Below are positions 22,446-35,065 of a stretch of DNA of 64,000 nt, piece by piece. The position numbers and the translations under genes were made by a program. Positions within the stretch are counted from its first letter, which is position 1. The number at the start of each line of letters is the position of its first letter. Below the pieces are notes generated by a model. The model ran no database searches and was not told where the DNA came from. It was given only the letters and a program-made list of their open reading frames with translations. Source of the DNA: Conger conger (Eukaryota); NCBI RefSeq assembly GCF_963514075.1, contig NC_083761.1, positions 49,861,777-49,925,776 of the forward strand, read 5' to 3'.

Positions 22446-23215
22446 CAAATGTAGGAGACCAAGATTAACCTCAACAAGTGTGATGGAAAGGCCAAAGTGT
22501 GGAGAAAAAAGGGATCTGCTCATGATCCAAAACAAAACATCCAAAAAACTCATCTGTGAAGCACGGTGGAGGAGGTGTCACGGCTTGGGCTTGCATGGCT
22601 GCTTCTGGACTGGGCTCACTAATCTTTACCGATGAGATAATCCTGCTACTACAATCATGAGTTAATTCAGAAGTCTACAAAACATTATGTCTGCCAAATG
22701 CATCCAAACTAATTGGGAGGAACGTGCAGCAAAACACACTGCCAACACAACAAAGGACTTCATTAGGGAGAGAAAGTGGAAGGTTTTAGACTGACCAAGT
22801 CAATCACCAGACCTTAACCCAATTGAGAATGTCTTTAACCTCCTGAAGAGAAGATTGAAGGGAAAACTCCGAAACAAACAACAACTGAAAAAGGCTGCAG
22901 TAAAAGCCTGGAAAAGCGTCACAAAAGAAAAATGCAACAGTTTGGTAATGGATCGGAGAATTGATGCAGTTATTGCAAGCAAGGAATATGCTATCAAATG
23001 TTATTTACTTTTATTTACGTAAATACTCTCTGTTCTAATACTTTTGCTCACCTAAAAATCGGGTGGTCTGATATCAAATGTGCTATGTTCTAAGTAGGTT
23101 AACACATCTATGCGTAAATACCATGAAATAAAAGCTGAAATTCTGAACTCTTGTCTCGTGTTCGTCTTTATCTCAATCCCAAATGTATTCAGTGTATTGC
23201 AAGAACAAAGGAATT
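22446..23215 (+). mobile_element. Tc1-like transposon 3' fragment of the same family as 9916-11220, in an mvp intron.
   Basis: Near-identical segments appear, including 'ctcatctgtgaagcacggtggaggaggtgtcacggcttgggcttgcatggctgc...gtcaatcaccagaccttaacccaattgag' and 'gttaacacatctatgcgtaaataccatgaaataaaagctgaaatt', matching 10560-11140. Confidence 0.75.
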
Positions 23216-23479
23216 TTGTCCCACCCATATAATTAAGCTAAAACTAGTTTAGCCGGAAAAATAGTTGAGTCATTTCCCTTTTGACAGGAGAGCATTATGG
23301 CACAGTACAGATCACCGGGAAAAGAAGAGGGTTGTAATATCCGCAAAAAGAAAATAAAAATAAAAAGACAGAGGGCAGATGAATGTGAGGGGTTTGAATG
23401 GTAAAATGAGGCTTTTTATAATATACCATTGTTTGGTACCAGCTAGGAAATAGATAGGGTGAGATGGATGAGCACGCAC

Positions 23480-23611
23480 CAGTAACCCTATGCACCCCGC
23501 CTCTGTCCAAGCCCTCTTTGCGGGCCTTAAGGCGGATGGCCTGGTTGTCTCGGATGACCGTGGCCTTCACCTTCTCGAGCACTTCTACCTCCTTCCTGGG
23601 GATGTAGGTCC
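23480..23611 (-). CDS. mvp: mvp coding exon 4.
   Basis: Translation '(G)[43 protein letters not shown](G)' matches human '[45 protein letters not shown]'. Acceptor is ctggcag|GGACCT. Donor is ACTG|gtgcgt. Confidence 0.9.
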
Positions 23612-23811
23612 CTGCCAGAGGTCAGAAAACATAAAATGAATTATGTTTTAAGGCCATGTTGTTTCCTTGAAAAGTTAAGAGTATAAAGAGCAATGCTGAG
23701 AAACAAAAACAAACACATTTATTAATTTAAGCTACAGTCACTCGAACCAAATATATAATGAAGATTAAATATTTCACACTTATTGCCACAGCTCACAACA
23801 AAGCACAATGT

Positions 23812-24372
23812 ACACTCAGTGAGCACTTTTAGATAGACATGTACACCAGCTTGTTAATGCAAATATTGAATCAGCCAATCACGTGGCAGAAACTAAATGC
23901 ATAAAAGCATGCAGACATGGTCAAGAGGTTCAGCTGTTTTTCAGACCAAATGTCAGAATGGGGAAGAAAAGTGACTTTGACTGCGGAATGATTGTTGGTG
24001 CCAGAAAGGGTGGTTTGAGCATCTCAGTAACTGCTGATCTCCTGGGATTTTCATACACAAACACTAGATTTTGAAGAGAATGGTGTGGGGAAAAAAAATA
24101 AATAAATTTTTTTAAAAATTTAAAAAAAGTGACCAGCAGTTCTGCAGGAAAAAATGCATTGTTAATGATAGAGATCACAGGAGAAGAGCCAGACTGGTCA
24201 AAGTTGACAGGAAGGTGACAGTAATGCAAATAACCACACATTACAACAGTGGTATGAGGAAGAGCATCTCAGAACACACATGTCAAACCACTGAATTGGA
24301 TAGGCCACAGCAGCAGAAGAAAAAGAAAAAAGAAAGGCCTAATAAATACATACTAAGGTGCTCGGTAAGTGT
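23812..24372 (+). mobile_element. Non-autonomous Tc1-like element (~560 bp) of the same family as 15966-16547, with both ends ('tacactcagtgagcacttttagatagacatgtacacc' ... 'aataaatacatactaaggtgctcggtaagtgtatatacat').
   Basis: Internal similarity to the transposase N-terminal region: 'gactgcggaatgattgttggtgccagaaagggtggtttgagcatctcagtaactgctgatctcctgggattttca'. Its 3' terminus lies ~9-10 bp from the mvp exon 3 splice donor. Confidence 0.7.
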
Positions 24373-24382
24373 ATATACATAC

Positions 24383-24506
24383 CTGGTCCTTCAAACAACC
24401 ACTGATCCCCAGCCACTCTCTTTTCACCCCCTTCCTCTTCAAAATCCAGGAGGGCCTGCAGCCGGAGAGCTGTGTCAGGAAATACAACCTGTAGAGCTGA
24501 AATATT
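24383..24506 (-). CDS. mvp: mvp coding exon 3.
   Basis: There is no ATG, so it is absent from the ORF track. Translation '[41 protein letters not shown](G)' matches human '[42 protein letters not shown]'. Acceptor is ctcttttag|AATATT. Donor is GGACCAG|gtatgt. Confidence 0.85.
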
Positions 24507-24759
24507 CTAAAAGAGAGATGAAAAAGGTCAGTTTTATTACTCAGATATATTACTACTTTTATTATTTGTACAGTTTTGACTCAAATCCAAACAAAACAGA
24601 AAGGTCTTAACAGAGCAGTCTGTAGGTATTTGGACAGGGACACAATTGTTGTTGTTTTGGGTCTGAATCTTCCTTCTTTCACTCGAAAATTAACGCCGCC
24701 GCCTCTAATCCCCGCAAACTGTTTTCAACTTTCTCCTCTCTTCCCCCTCCCCCCCACCC

Positions 24760-26690
24760 CCCTCATCACTCACACCTGATGACTTTGTCTCCTTCTTTGA
24801 AAAGAAGGTCGATGCTATTCGCAATTCCTTCTCCCAACCCTCCACCCCTGCTGACCCTCCTACCCTCCCCAACTCCCTAACCTCCTTTTCTCCCCTCTCT
24901 GACGCCGACACACTGAAACTCCTTACATCCCACCGACCGACCACCTGTCCTCTTGACCCCATCCCCTCTCCCCTCCTACAATCTATATCCGATGACATTC
25001 TCCCTTTTCTCTTCTCTCTAATCAACACCTCCCTCTCTTCCGGCACCATGTCCTCTTCCCTGAAGAGGGCCAGAGTCACTCCCCTCCTCAAAAAACCTAC
25101 TCTTGACCCCTCTGCCCTGAACAACTACCGGCCTGTCTCTCTTCTTCCCTTTCTCGCTAAAACTCTGGAACGGGCGGCCTGCTCCCAACTGTCTACTTAT
25201 CTTCTCCAGAACAATCTCCATGACCCCAACCAGTCTGGCTTCAAGAGTGGCCACTCCACTGAGACCGCCCCTGCTCGCGGTCACTGAGGCACTCCACTCT
25301 GCTAAAGCCAAATCCCTCTCCTCTGTCCTCATCTTCCTCGACCTGTCGGCCGCCTTCGATACAGTCAACCATGAGATTCTGCTCTCATCGCTGTCTGGGA
25401 TGGGTGTCACAGGGTCTGCACTCGCTTGGTTTTCCTCCTACCTCTCTGGTCGCTCCTACCAGGTGACTTGGAGGGGCTCAGTCTCCGACCCTCACCCCCT
25501 ACGAACTGGAGTCCCGCAGTGCTCGGTTCTTGGGCCTCTCCTCTTCTCGCTATACACCATGTCTCTTGGTTCTGTTATCTCTTCCCATGGCTTTTCTTAT
25601 CATTCTTACGCTGATGACACCCAACTCTTCATTTCCTTCCCCCCCGACACCCAAGTCACCACACGGATCTCTGCCTGCTTGGCTGATATCTCTGCATGGA
25701 TGACTTCCCACCACCTGAAGCTCAACCTTGCCAAAACTGAGCTTCTCTACATCCCTGCTAATCGACCTCTCATTGACTGTTGAGGACTTTGTAGTTTCCT
25801 CCTCCCGTACGGCAAAGAATCTTGGGGTGACTCTTGATAACTGCCTCACCCTGGCTCCACAAGTATCCTCCACTGCCAGAACCTGCAGGTTCTTTCTGTA
25901 TAATATACGCCGTATCCGTCATCTCCTGACTGAGAAAGCCACCCAGCTCCTAGTCCAGGCGCTCGTCATTTCCCGCCTGGATTACTGCAACTCCCTCCTA
26001 GCCGATCTCTCAGCGTGTGCCATCAAGCCCCTCCAGCTGGTCCAGAATGCTGCAGCCCGCCTGATCACCAGTCAGCCCAGGTTGGCTCATGTCACCCCGC
26101 TTCTCATTGGCCTCCACTGGCTTCCTATTGCCGCACGCATCCGTTTCAAGGCCCTAGTGTTGGCATTTCAGGCTGCTAAGGGGACTGCCCCACCTTACAT
26201 ACAATCCTTGATCACTCCCTACTCCCCAGCTAGACCACTCCGGTCTGCCAGCTCTGGTCGCCTTATGGTTCCTTCTCTACGTGCACCTGGCGGTCAAGCT
26301 GCACGTTCCCGCCTGTTTTCCGTTCTGGTTCCTCAGTGGTGGAATGACTTGCCTACCACTGTCAGAACAGCAGAATCCCTCCCCCTATTTCGACGCAGAC
26401 TCAAATCCCACCTTTTCAAACTCTACCTTAGTCCTCCCTCCTGATTTTCCCCTGCCCCTCCTTTCTGATATCCCTATCCCTGTCTAACCCCCCCCCCCAA
26501 AAAAAAGAAAATAAATAAATAAATAAAAATTGCACTTATGATGACGACTATGTTTAGAACAGCATTTCATGTGTATTTTGCTAGTTTCTGGATGTGATGC
26601 TTTGACTTGTGGAAGAACCTATGCACTTGTAAGTCGCTTTGGATTAAAAGCGTCTGCCAAATGACAAAAATGTAAATGTAAATGTACTCC
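24760..26690 (+). mobile_element. L2-clade LINE, 5'-truncated with a frameshifted ORF2 (reverse transcriptase plus C-terminal domain). It carries the conserved fish L2 3' tail and a (TGTAAA)n terminal repeat. It sits in mvp intron 2, antisense to mvp.
   Basis: ORFs at 25220-25783 and 25728-26444 show the RT motifs '[17 protein letters not shown]...YADDTQLF' and the tail '...RRLKSHLFKLYL'. The 3'UTR 'tgtaagtcgctttggattaaaagcgtctgccaaatgac' is followed by tgtaaatgtaaatgta. Confidence 0.85.
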
Positions 26691-27419
26691 AGCACACTGG
26701 AATAATAAAACAAATAAATAAAACGAATGAATGTGAGTAACAGACTGTCAGCATTAATTTGTGGCCGTTTACATCCATACTGCCTGAATGTGTAGAAATG
26801 TCAGCCTTTTTTATACATCTTATCTGCTCACATCCAAGCAAATGCCTCAAAACGCATTAGACAGCACTCTGCAGCAGGACAATGAGCCTCATACCCAAAA
26901 TCTTTTGTATTCTTATCATAAATTTCTCATACTTATTTCGAACAAAGGGCTCATATGAGTGTGCCACATTGGATTCAACAAACGCACCTAGTGAAATGAA
27001 GATTTGTCCGTTATAATACAGAATATACAGTCCTTTAGGTGGATTCCTTCGGATAGATGGCCAATGGGATTAACAAGAACAAGGGATGCCTGATTGGGTA
27101 GACTGCAGTTCCTTTGTTTTTGGGAAAACATAATACGGCGGACCTTCGATAAAACTGAACAATCACAAAAAATATTTGAGGCAAGAAATAAGCAATGCAG
27201 TTTCTGAATCTTGCAATGCCGAGTTTGAAAGACCAGAGTTAGGTGTGCCAGCTATGTTGACATGCACTGCAGGCTCTTGTGTACATGACTTGTTTGACAG
27301 GTCGGACCACCCGTTGTTCCTACCTCAGGAAAAATTTAAAGCAGAGAAAATTTGTGAATCACTCGTTAAGACACTGAAGTGATTTAACAAATATGTTTGC
27401 ATGAGGCAAGCAAGGAGTT

Positions 27420-27660
27420 TTTCCATGGCGGAATGTTCTTCACTGGCCAAGTCAATCACCTGACCTGAATCCACATTCCAACATTGCGCTACACTTGCAA
27501 GACCCGACTGAAAAAATCCCCCAGAACAAACAGTAACTGTAGTACAGGCTTGGTATAGTGTCAGCAAGGAATATAGCCAGTGTCTGGTGATGTTTATGGT
27601 CCCAGAAAATGGGGTAACTGAATAAAAAGAACTGCAATTCCAACAAGGTTCGTCCAATAT
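27420..27660 (+). mobile_element. Tc1/mariner transposase C-terminal fragment from a different subfamily.
   Basis: 'gtcaatcacctgacctgaatcc' encodes the SQSPDLNP-type motif, and the downstream frame reads like '...LVxSMPRRxxAVIxAKGGxTKY'. Confidence 0.5.
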
Positions 27661-28528
27661 TAATACCCTCAAATTAAAGTGGACAGTCTTAACCTCATAT
27701 TTAATGTTTCCCTTCTAATCAAATGCACTGTAGCACAGAGCCAAAACAAAAAGAAATTGCATCACGGTCAAAGTACAGACAGTAATGTATGGGGAGGTAA
27801 AGCGGACGTCCAGGTGAATTGCATTCCCAGTATACTGATAAATACTATGCTGGAGAATTTCATCATAGATGGCAGCAGCAATAACTTCATATAAGCAAAC
27901 AAAGCATTCAATCGTTCTGCAAGAACAGAAATACAAGGCTCCATATCCTCAGCAAACAATCGACATGCAGCTTTTCATTACTTTAAAAAAAATACATAGT
28001 TACTACGATAAATAGAGACACCACTGTCAGTGAGTGGCATTAGGATATTCCAATTGTGGAAATTTCGTATTCAGCATATAGCTACGTATTTAAACCATGA
28101 AACACACACTTTGAACCCAGACTTCAACACCAAGTAGTTTGTTTATATTCGGCACTCTACTTAATAGGGAGCAGTATACTGGAAGTAGTGTTCCCGAAAC
28201 ATCCGCTTAGTTGCATAGGGTAATTAAAATCACAATTAATGACAAGATGGGTGGATGGGACAATGTACTAAACAGGTTTATGAATATGAGTTGATCATAA
28301 CCATACTAAATGTGAAAGGAGATAAACAAACTAGAGAGGGAATGAATAAAAATGTATTCTAATAGACTGGAGAAAGGGCAATATTAACTTTATTGCGAGA
28401 CAGCAATTTCTAGAAGGCGCTCTGTAGTAAACAGGTGGGGAGGGTGACCAGTAAATGCAGACTGGCAGAAACATGCAGGATTTGGAAGATAATAAATAGT
28501 AAGAGGAAAGGAAAAATGAGACAGATAC

Positions 28529-28724
28529 CTGCTCTATCTCCTCTCCCGGGTAGAGAGGGAAGGGGTCCTGAGTGAGCCTGATCTCCAGGTCAGCATGGCG
28601 CAACTTAACCTGACCCGCCTCATCAAAGAGCACCCGGCCAGCTTCATCCCGGGCAACTGGATTCAGTATCACACAGTAGTGACGGGGCGGGACCATTGTC
28701 ATACGCACCGGCGTAAAGAGAACC
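28529..28724 (-). CDS. mvp: mvp coding exon 2.
   Basis: Translation '(R)[65 protein letters not shown]' matches human '[61 protein letters not shown]'. Acceptor is ctgcag|GGTTCT. Donor is GAGCAG|gtatct. Confidence 0.9.
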
Positions 28725-29432
28725 CTGCAGATGCAAGCCACAATGTTCTCACAAACAGAAATAAATAGAAGACTGTACAGCTGCAGTGATACGCAGACTA
28801 AAGATCAAATCTGGCACCATTTCAGAATGTGCAGAGTTGAGATTCAGCTAATGCTAATTGGATCTTATTTCCTAAATAACTGATCAAACATGGAATTGTG
28901 CATCCTACAGAGGTATTCTATATTCAGTTTTCTGCTTTTTATACCTGAATATGAACTATATTCTTGCTCCTTCTATAAAATTATGCATGACGAAATAGCA
29001 CCTAAAGGCAATGTCATATGAAAAACACCAGAAGCATATATATTGCAATATAGTGTGCCACAATGCCACGTTCACTGTTAACAGACTTGTGTTATTTTGG
29101 GGCTTAGAGCTAGTATTTCCCCTTTTTTATTCCCATCTGTTACTCTGTTGTACTTGGACTTGTGGCCTCTATCTAGAGGGAAACATCTTGACATAATTGT
29201 GCAAAATTAAACCACGTTTAGAATTGAACTACCATGTGATTAGGAATACAATTACTTGACACTTATTTCCATGTTTTCTAAATAAATTATTCTGACCCCT
29301 TTCTCCTTGCCAATTTGACCCCTTGATATTATTTACAAATAGCTTTATTTTGATTTGTGAGTCACAATACTGGGCACTGTGGATTCAACTGGAGTTTGGT
29401 GTGTTTACTGACCTCACAGCATGAACACTGAC

Positions 29433-29605
29433 CTCTCATTGTCCTGTCGGATGTAGGTGCGCGGACCCGTTTCCACCCTGGCAATGTTGGTGTTCTGGTC
29501 CAGAACGTGAATATAGTGATGAGGTGGGATACGGATGATGGACTCTACCACCGGCTCCTCACCTGCTCCCCCAGGTCCTCTACCACCTGCCTTCTTCATA
29601 GACAT
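29433..29605 (-). CDS. mvp: mvp first coding exon. ATG at 29605-29603 is immediately preceded by an in-frame TAA.
   Basis: Translation '[57 protein letters not shown](R)' matches human '[42 protein letters not shown]'. Donor is GAGAG|gtcagt. Confidence 0.9.
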
Positions 29606-29794
29606 CTCTTACAGAGAGGGAGAGACAGGAGGGGAAGCTGAAGGAACACGAGTACAGCACTGATGGAGACTGTTTATGTAGCCAAAACCGAAACTTAATA
29701 TGCAGATGCAATACTCACAAGTAAAGCAAAATTGCTTTCTGAGACTGTCAGTGAAGCAGAGAGTTCATATAGGCTACTGGAATGTTAGTTTATA

Positions 29795-30310
29795 TAGTCA
29801 CTGAGCACTTTTAGGAACACCTGTAACCCTACTTATTCGTGCAATTATCTAATTAGCCAATCGTGTGGCAACAGTGCAATGCATAAAAGCATGCAGATAC
29901 GGGTCAGGAACATTAGTTAATGTTCACATCAACCATCAGGATCAGGAAAAAATGTGACCTTTGACTGTGGAATGATTGTTGGTGCCAGACATGGTGGATT
30001 GAGTATCTCAGAAACTGCTGATCTACACAGTCTCGAGTTTGCAGAGAATGGTGCAAAAACCAAAAAACATTCAGTGAGCAGCAGTTCTGTGGGCAGAAAT
30101 GCCTCATTAATGACAGAGGGCTGAGGAGAATGGCCAGACAGTAGGTGACAGTAACGCAAACAACATTACGTAATATATATAACGGCGGCATGCTGAAGAA
30201 CATCTCTGAACACACATGTTAAACCTCTAAGCGGATAGGCTACAGACTCACTAAGTCTAAAATATAAGTCTAATAAATACCTAATAAAGTGTTCACTGAG
30301 TGTATATTTC
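29795..30310 (+). mobile_element. Non-autonomous Tc1-like element (~515 bp) with both termini ('tcactgagcacttttaggaacacctgtaaccc' ... 'aataaatacctaataaagtgttcactgagtgtata'). It lies 190 bp upstream of the mvp start codon.
   Basis: Same family as 15966-16547: 'aatcgtgtggcaacagtgcaatgcataaaagcatgcagatacgggtcaggaacattagttaatgttcac'. The ORFs at 29913-30215 and 29929-30159 are artefacts. Confidence 0.7.
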
Positions 30311-30679
30311 AATCATACACCACTGACTGGTAGAGAGAATCACTATTTAAAGCCACAAGTCAAGCATTGATTCAATTAATGGTTGCAGCCATCTCAGTGA
30401 ATCATTAAATTATCACAATCAAGAAATGAATTACAGGGCAATATTAATTTTGTTAAAATAAATAAAAATCACTAACCAGACTTTACCTATGGACAATGCA
30501 ACAATAAATTATACAGAAAGTCACACTGAAGCAGTCGTTAAGAGTAGCACTCACTTCAGCAATATGAATGAGTGAAACAAATCTTTTCTTATTGATTTCC
30601 CCCAACATGGGTAAAGTAGTGCACTTAATTAATGATTCAATGAAATTAAATAAAGTAAAATTAAAGTAAAGAAAAATGT

Positions 30680-31230
30680 ATTTCCCTAAAAAACAGGTTC
30701 CACAATTATTGGCACTCCTAGTTTAACACTTTGATGGCTGTCATCATCACCAGGGGTGTTTGCAGTCTTTTCCTATAATTTGTGATAAGGTTAGAGAATC
30801 ATTTGTTGACCATTCCTCCATGCAGAACATCATTGATATCCTTGGGATACCCCCCTCTTCAGTTCATAGGGTTTAAGTCTGGAGACTGAGATGGCCATTT
30901 CAGAACATGGTTGTTGTTTTTACTTAACCATTTCTGTGTGGATTTTGATTTATGCTTGGAGTTATTGTCCTGCTGGACAATCTACCTGTGACCAAGATTC
31001 AGCTCCCTAGCAGGGGCAACCATATTTGCAAAGATTTCCTGGTAATGATCTCAAATAGTGCCCCTGGACCACTGGCAGCAAAAAATCTCCAAAACATCAA
31101 TTTGGCATTAGGTACACCATGATCCATTGGACAGTGACACATTATTTTTGTTATTTTGTTTCTGTAATCTAGCACTTTCAGTTTGACAGGATACAATTAG
31201 GTTGAAGTTCAGACAGACTGTGGACTATAT
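30680..31230 (-). mobile_element. Tc1-like transposase fragment from another subfamily.
   Basis: The minus-strand frame reads '...MFWRFFAASGPGALFEIITRKS...', matching the Tc1 'MVWGCFSAAGTGAL..I' region. Flanking segments encode the SQSPDLNPIE-type motif. Confidence 0.55.
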
Positions 31231-32395
31231 TTTGAGAGTATTGGATGAACCATTTAGTAATTATTGAACTTTTTGTACATAGTGACAAGTGAACCAACTG
31301 TAAAACAAAGCAATTCTAAAAATGAAACGTGTTAACTCAGAGAAACAATGATAGAATATCTATTGTTTACTGAGAATATCTCTGTTGGAATTATCATTAT
31401 TGTCCGTTTTATTATCTACGTTTTGTATAGGCTCTCTGGAACAGGATGAGCCCACATACGAGCTTATCAGTATCGGTGATCCAATTGCACATTAAAAGGC
31501 GTGATCCCCATCTGTGAGCAAAAATGACAGTATAACTTAAGCTCAGCCTAGAACCGGCTAGTGGTATGGTATTTCAAGGAATGACTTGGAAACATTTCAG
31601 CGAATGACTTCCTTCTCTCGAATATTGAATACTTCTGAGGAAGACTGTGAAAACACCATTGGCTCCAAAATACATTTGGGGGGTTGATGACACTGCTGCT
31701 GCTGAGTGGGCAATGCCTTCTGATCATAGAGCCCAGGGTTCTCCCCAAAGAATTTAACACTGATGGAGCACTACTCTCTTCCCTCACTTGTGCCACTGCG
31801 TAACAAATATAGCCCTGAATATACCCGGAGTGTATTGTTGCTCCACTACCTACTCGCAATCAGGGGAGAGACCTGAGGTGCATTCAAGAGAGCTAACGTT
31901 CACGGCAAACTATGTTTGCAGCAAACGGTTATTGTTGAACAATATTAAATGAACATTTACCAACGCATTTATATTTGTATTCATTCATAAATACAAATGG
32001 ATGCGACTTAGATTTTACAATACCAGCCAGCTGATTCATTGCTTTATCATTATTTTTAAGGTAAAAACAAATATTACATTGATTGAAGTGTATTTTAACA
32101 GCCAAATAATTTAAACTTTTGTTCTCTCTGAGTCCTCCCCGTTGGCAGTCATTTCTGTTTACGGTGTACTACCTTTTGAAATAGTTAACTAATGTTAGCT
32201 AAGATTCGTGGTGAACACAAAAAGTTTTAATATGTTAGTAATCGTGAGCTAACATTCGCAATCTTGAATGCACCTCTGGTTTCTGTGAACCACTTTGTCA
32301 CTTTGAGCTGGAAAAAAATTTTTTTTGCTTCAGTAACCTATGGGATATTTCGCTTTAAAGCATGAGCGGTTAAATTCTAATTAAATGCAGAACTT

Positions 32396-33968
32396 GCAGT
32401 GCCCTCCATTAATGTTTGGTATATGAGACCCATCATTTATTTATTTGCCTCTGTACTCCACAATTAGATTTGTAATAAATAAATAAAACATATGGTTAAA
32501 ATGCTCATTGTCCGATTTTAATAAATGGCATTTTATACATTTTGGTTTCACGTTTATACATGGTCCCCTCATTTCAGGGCACCATAATGTTTGGGACACA
32601 GCAATGTTATGCAAATTAAAGTAGTCAGGCGTAGTATTTTGTTGCATATCCTTTGCTGAGTGTCTTCTCAAGTGATGCTCTACCAGGCCTGTATTGCAGC
32701 CATCTTTAGCTCATGCTTGTTTCGGGGGCTAGTCCCCTCAAGTTCTCTTCAGCATATTAAAGGCATGCTCAGTTGGGTTCAGAACGGGTGATTGGCTTGG
32801 CCACTCAAGAATTTAAAATGTTTTAGCTTCGAAAAATGCCTCCGTTGCCTTAGCAGTACATTTGGAATCATCGTCTTGCTGTAGAATTAACTTCCGGCCA
32901 ATGCGTTTTGAGGCTTGAAATTGAGCAGATGAGTGTATTGATGCATCCTCAGAATTAAATTTGCTACGATGGCAAGCGCAAAGAATGAATACAATTCACG
33001 ACATCATCAGTTCTGGAAAAAGGTGTTGTGGACAGACAAGACAAAGATTAACTTAAATCACAGTGATGGCAAGCGCAAATTATGGAGAAGAGAAGGAGCT
33101 TCCCTAGATCCAAAGCATACCACCTCATCTGTTAAACACAGTGGTGAGGGCCTTGGCATGTATGGCCTGAGCATATGGCTGTCGATGTGGTATGTATGGC
33201 ACTGGCTCATTTATAACTGCTGTGAACTTGACTCCTGAAGAGTGTTTCTTATCGTTCAGACAGGTGCTTGGGTATTTTTCTTTGTTATGGTGAGAATTCT
33301 TCAGCTGTGGAGGTCTTCCTTGGCCTGCCAGTCCCTTTGCGATTAGTAAGCTCACAAGTGCCCTCTTTCTTCTTAATTATGTTCTAAACAGTTGATTTTG
33401 TTAAGCCTGTCTCCAACCATTTTATGCTTGTCTCATAATGGCTTCTTTGACTTTCATTGGCTCAACTGTGGTCCTCATGTTGATAAACGGCAATAATAGA
33501 TTCCAAAGGTGATTGAAAGAGTACATGAATCATCACATCACAGTCCGAGGTCAGAGAACTGCTGGTTTTCCACCCTCCCTTTAGCTGGGAGACAGAGTCT
33601 GACCAATTAGTAGCACTAATTGTTCAGATAATTACCCGGAAGGGGAGGAGAAAAAAAAAAAAAAAAAAAAACAGGGCCAGTTTCAGATTCGAGGTCCAGA
33701 TTTGATGATTGCTGCACTAGCAAGGGGAAAGACTAGATGCTTGAGAGCTCTAAAACCTGCATTAAGGCAATTAAACACACCTGAGAAGCCACGTGTCCCA
33801 AACATTATGGTGCCCTGAAATGGGTTTTTTAATATAAAAATACCCGGAAACCTGAGAATGTGCACTTTAACCACATATTAATGGTGTGATTCCAGATCTA
33901 AAATTTAAGCAAATCAGAGGAAAATCAAGACATAACGGGTCCTTGTCCCAAACATGATGGAGGGCACT
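32396..33968. mobile_element. Tc1-like DNA transposon of full-length size (1.57 kb), with TIRs 'CAGTGCCCTCCAT.ATGTTTGG' at both ends. It is internally rearranged: transposase segments are in opposite orientations.
   Basis: 32396 'cagtgccctccattaatgtttgg' is the reverse complement of 33931-33967 'ccaaacatgatggagggcactgtaa'. The ORF at 32969-33238 (+) reads '...FWKKVLWTDKTKINLNHSDGKRKLWRREGASLDPKHTTSSVKHSGEG' (Tc1 DDE N-terminal part). 32560-32940 encodes the transposase C-terminus on the opposite strand. Confidence 0.7.
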
Positions 33969-34399
33969 GTAAATTCAAAACATTTCAAAGTGTTCATGTC
34001 ATGAATTGTATTCAGTCATGGATTTGGACAAAAATGAAGACACATTACAGGACTTTAAAAGGGCAGGATGGTGAACTGCATTGTAATTAATTAATCAAAA
34101 TTTAGGAGCTACTTCAAAACTGATCTCAGATCTGCGCTTTTTATGAAAGGCACTCAGTACCCCCACCATCCACACATTTGGAACTGACTTATGGGGTAAA
34201 TATTATGCATATCAGAGAAGGCAAAGGGCTATACAAATACAAAGAGACAAGATGTTTTGGACAAAAATAAAAAATTATGTTCAAGGTACCAAAGACTTGG
34301 ATACAGTCAATAATCAATAATATTGGTGATCCAATTCTGAGGTTTCTGCTGATTCACTAAACCTTCACACACCCTGAGCAAATAGTAAATAGTCACCTA

Positions 34400-35065
34400 T
34401 TATATCTAAGAAACAATATAGGCCAGTGTTTCGCAAACCAGTATTTGCAGTAGGCCAGTCAGTTGTGGGCTTAAAGGTGTGTCGCTTATTGTCAATATAT
34501 CAGGAGGGTATTTTGACTTATGTTCATCTTTCAATGAGTGACTTGCTCATCTATTACTTTTAATATATCACATAAAAGCAGCACAAAAAAACAATTTTTG
34601 TTAGCCTATATGTAGCACTTTAGTAGGAGCACTAGGCCTATACGGACGCTGGGTAGGGCCTCGTCTTTGTGGTATGGATTCCACAAGATGTTGAAAACAT
34701 TCCTTTGAGATTCTGTTCCACGTTGACATGATTGCATCACACAAGTTCTACAGATCTGTTAGCTGCACATTCATGCTGTGAATCTCCCGTTCTACCACGT
34801 TGCAAAGGTGTTCTATTGGATTCAGATTTGATGACTGGGAAGGCCACTGAAGAACACTGAATTCATTGTCATTTTCATAAAGCCAGTTTGAGACAACTTT
34901 TGCTTTGTGAAATGGTGCATCATCGCGCTGGAAGTAGCCATTAGAAGGTGGGTACAATGTGGCCATGAAGAGATGCACATGGTCAGCAACAATACTCAAA
35001 TAGGCTATGGCATTCAAGCGATGATTGGTATTAACAGGCCCAAAGTGTGCCAAGAAATACATTAG
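34400..35065 (-). mobile_element. Tc1-like transposase fragment (DDE catalytic region) of the same family as 15966-16547.
   Basis: ORF 34748-35062 reads 'MYFLAHFGPVNTNHRLNAIAYLSIVADHVHLFMATLYPPSNGYFQRDDAPFHKAKVVSNWLYENDNEFSVLQWPSQSSNLNPIEHLCNVVEREIHSMNVQLTDL'. This corresponds to the DDE/D..E region of Tc1 transposases ('FQQDNAPCHKA...WPPQSPDLNPIEHLWD'). Confidence 0.8.

Noticed and set aside
25220-26444. 187-aa and 238-aa plus-strand ORFs as possible host genes
   Set aside because: They are reverse transcriptase and C-terminal-domain segments of a frameshifted L2 LINE.
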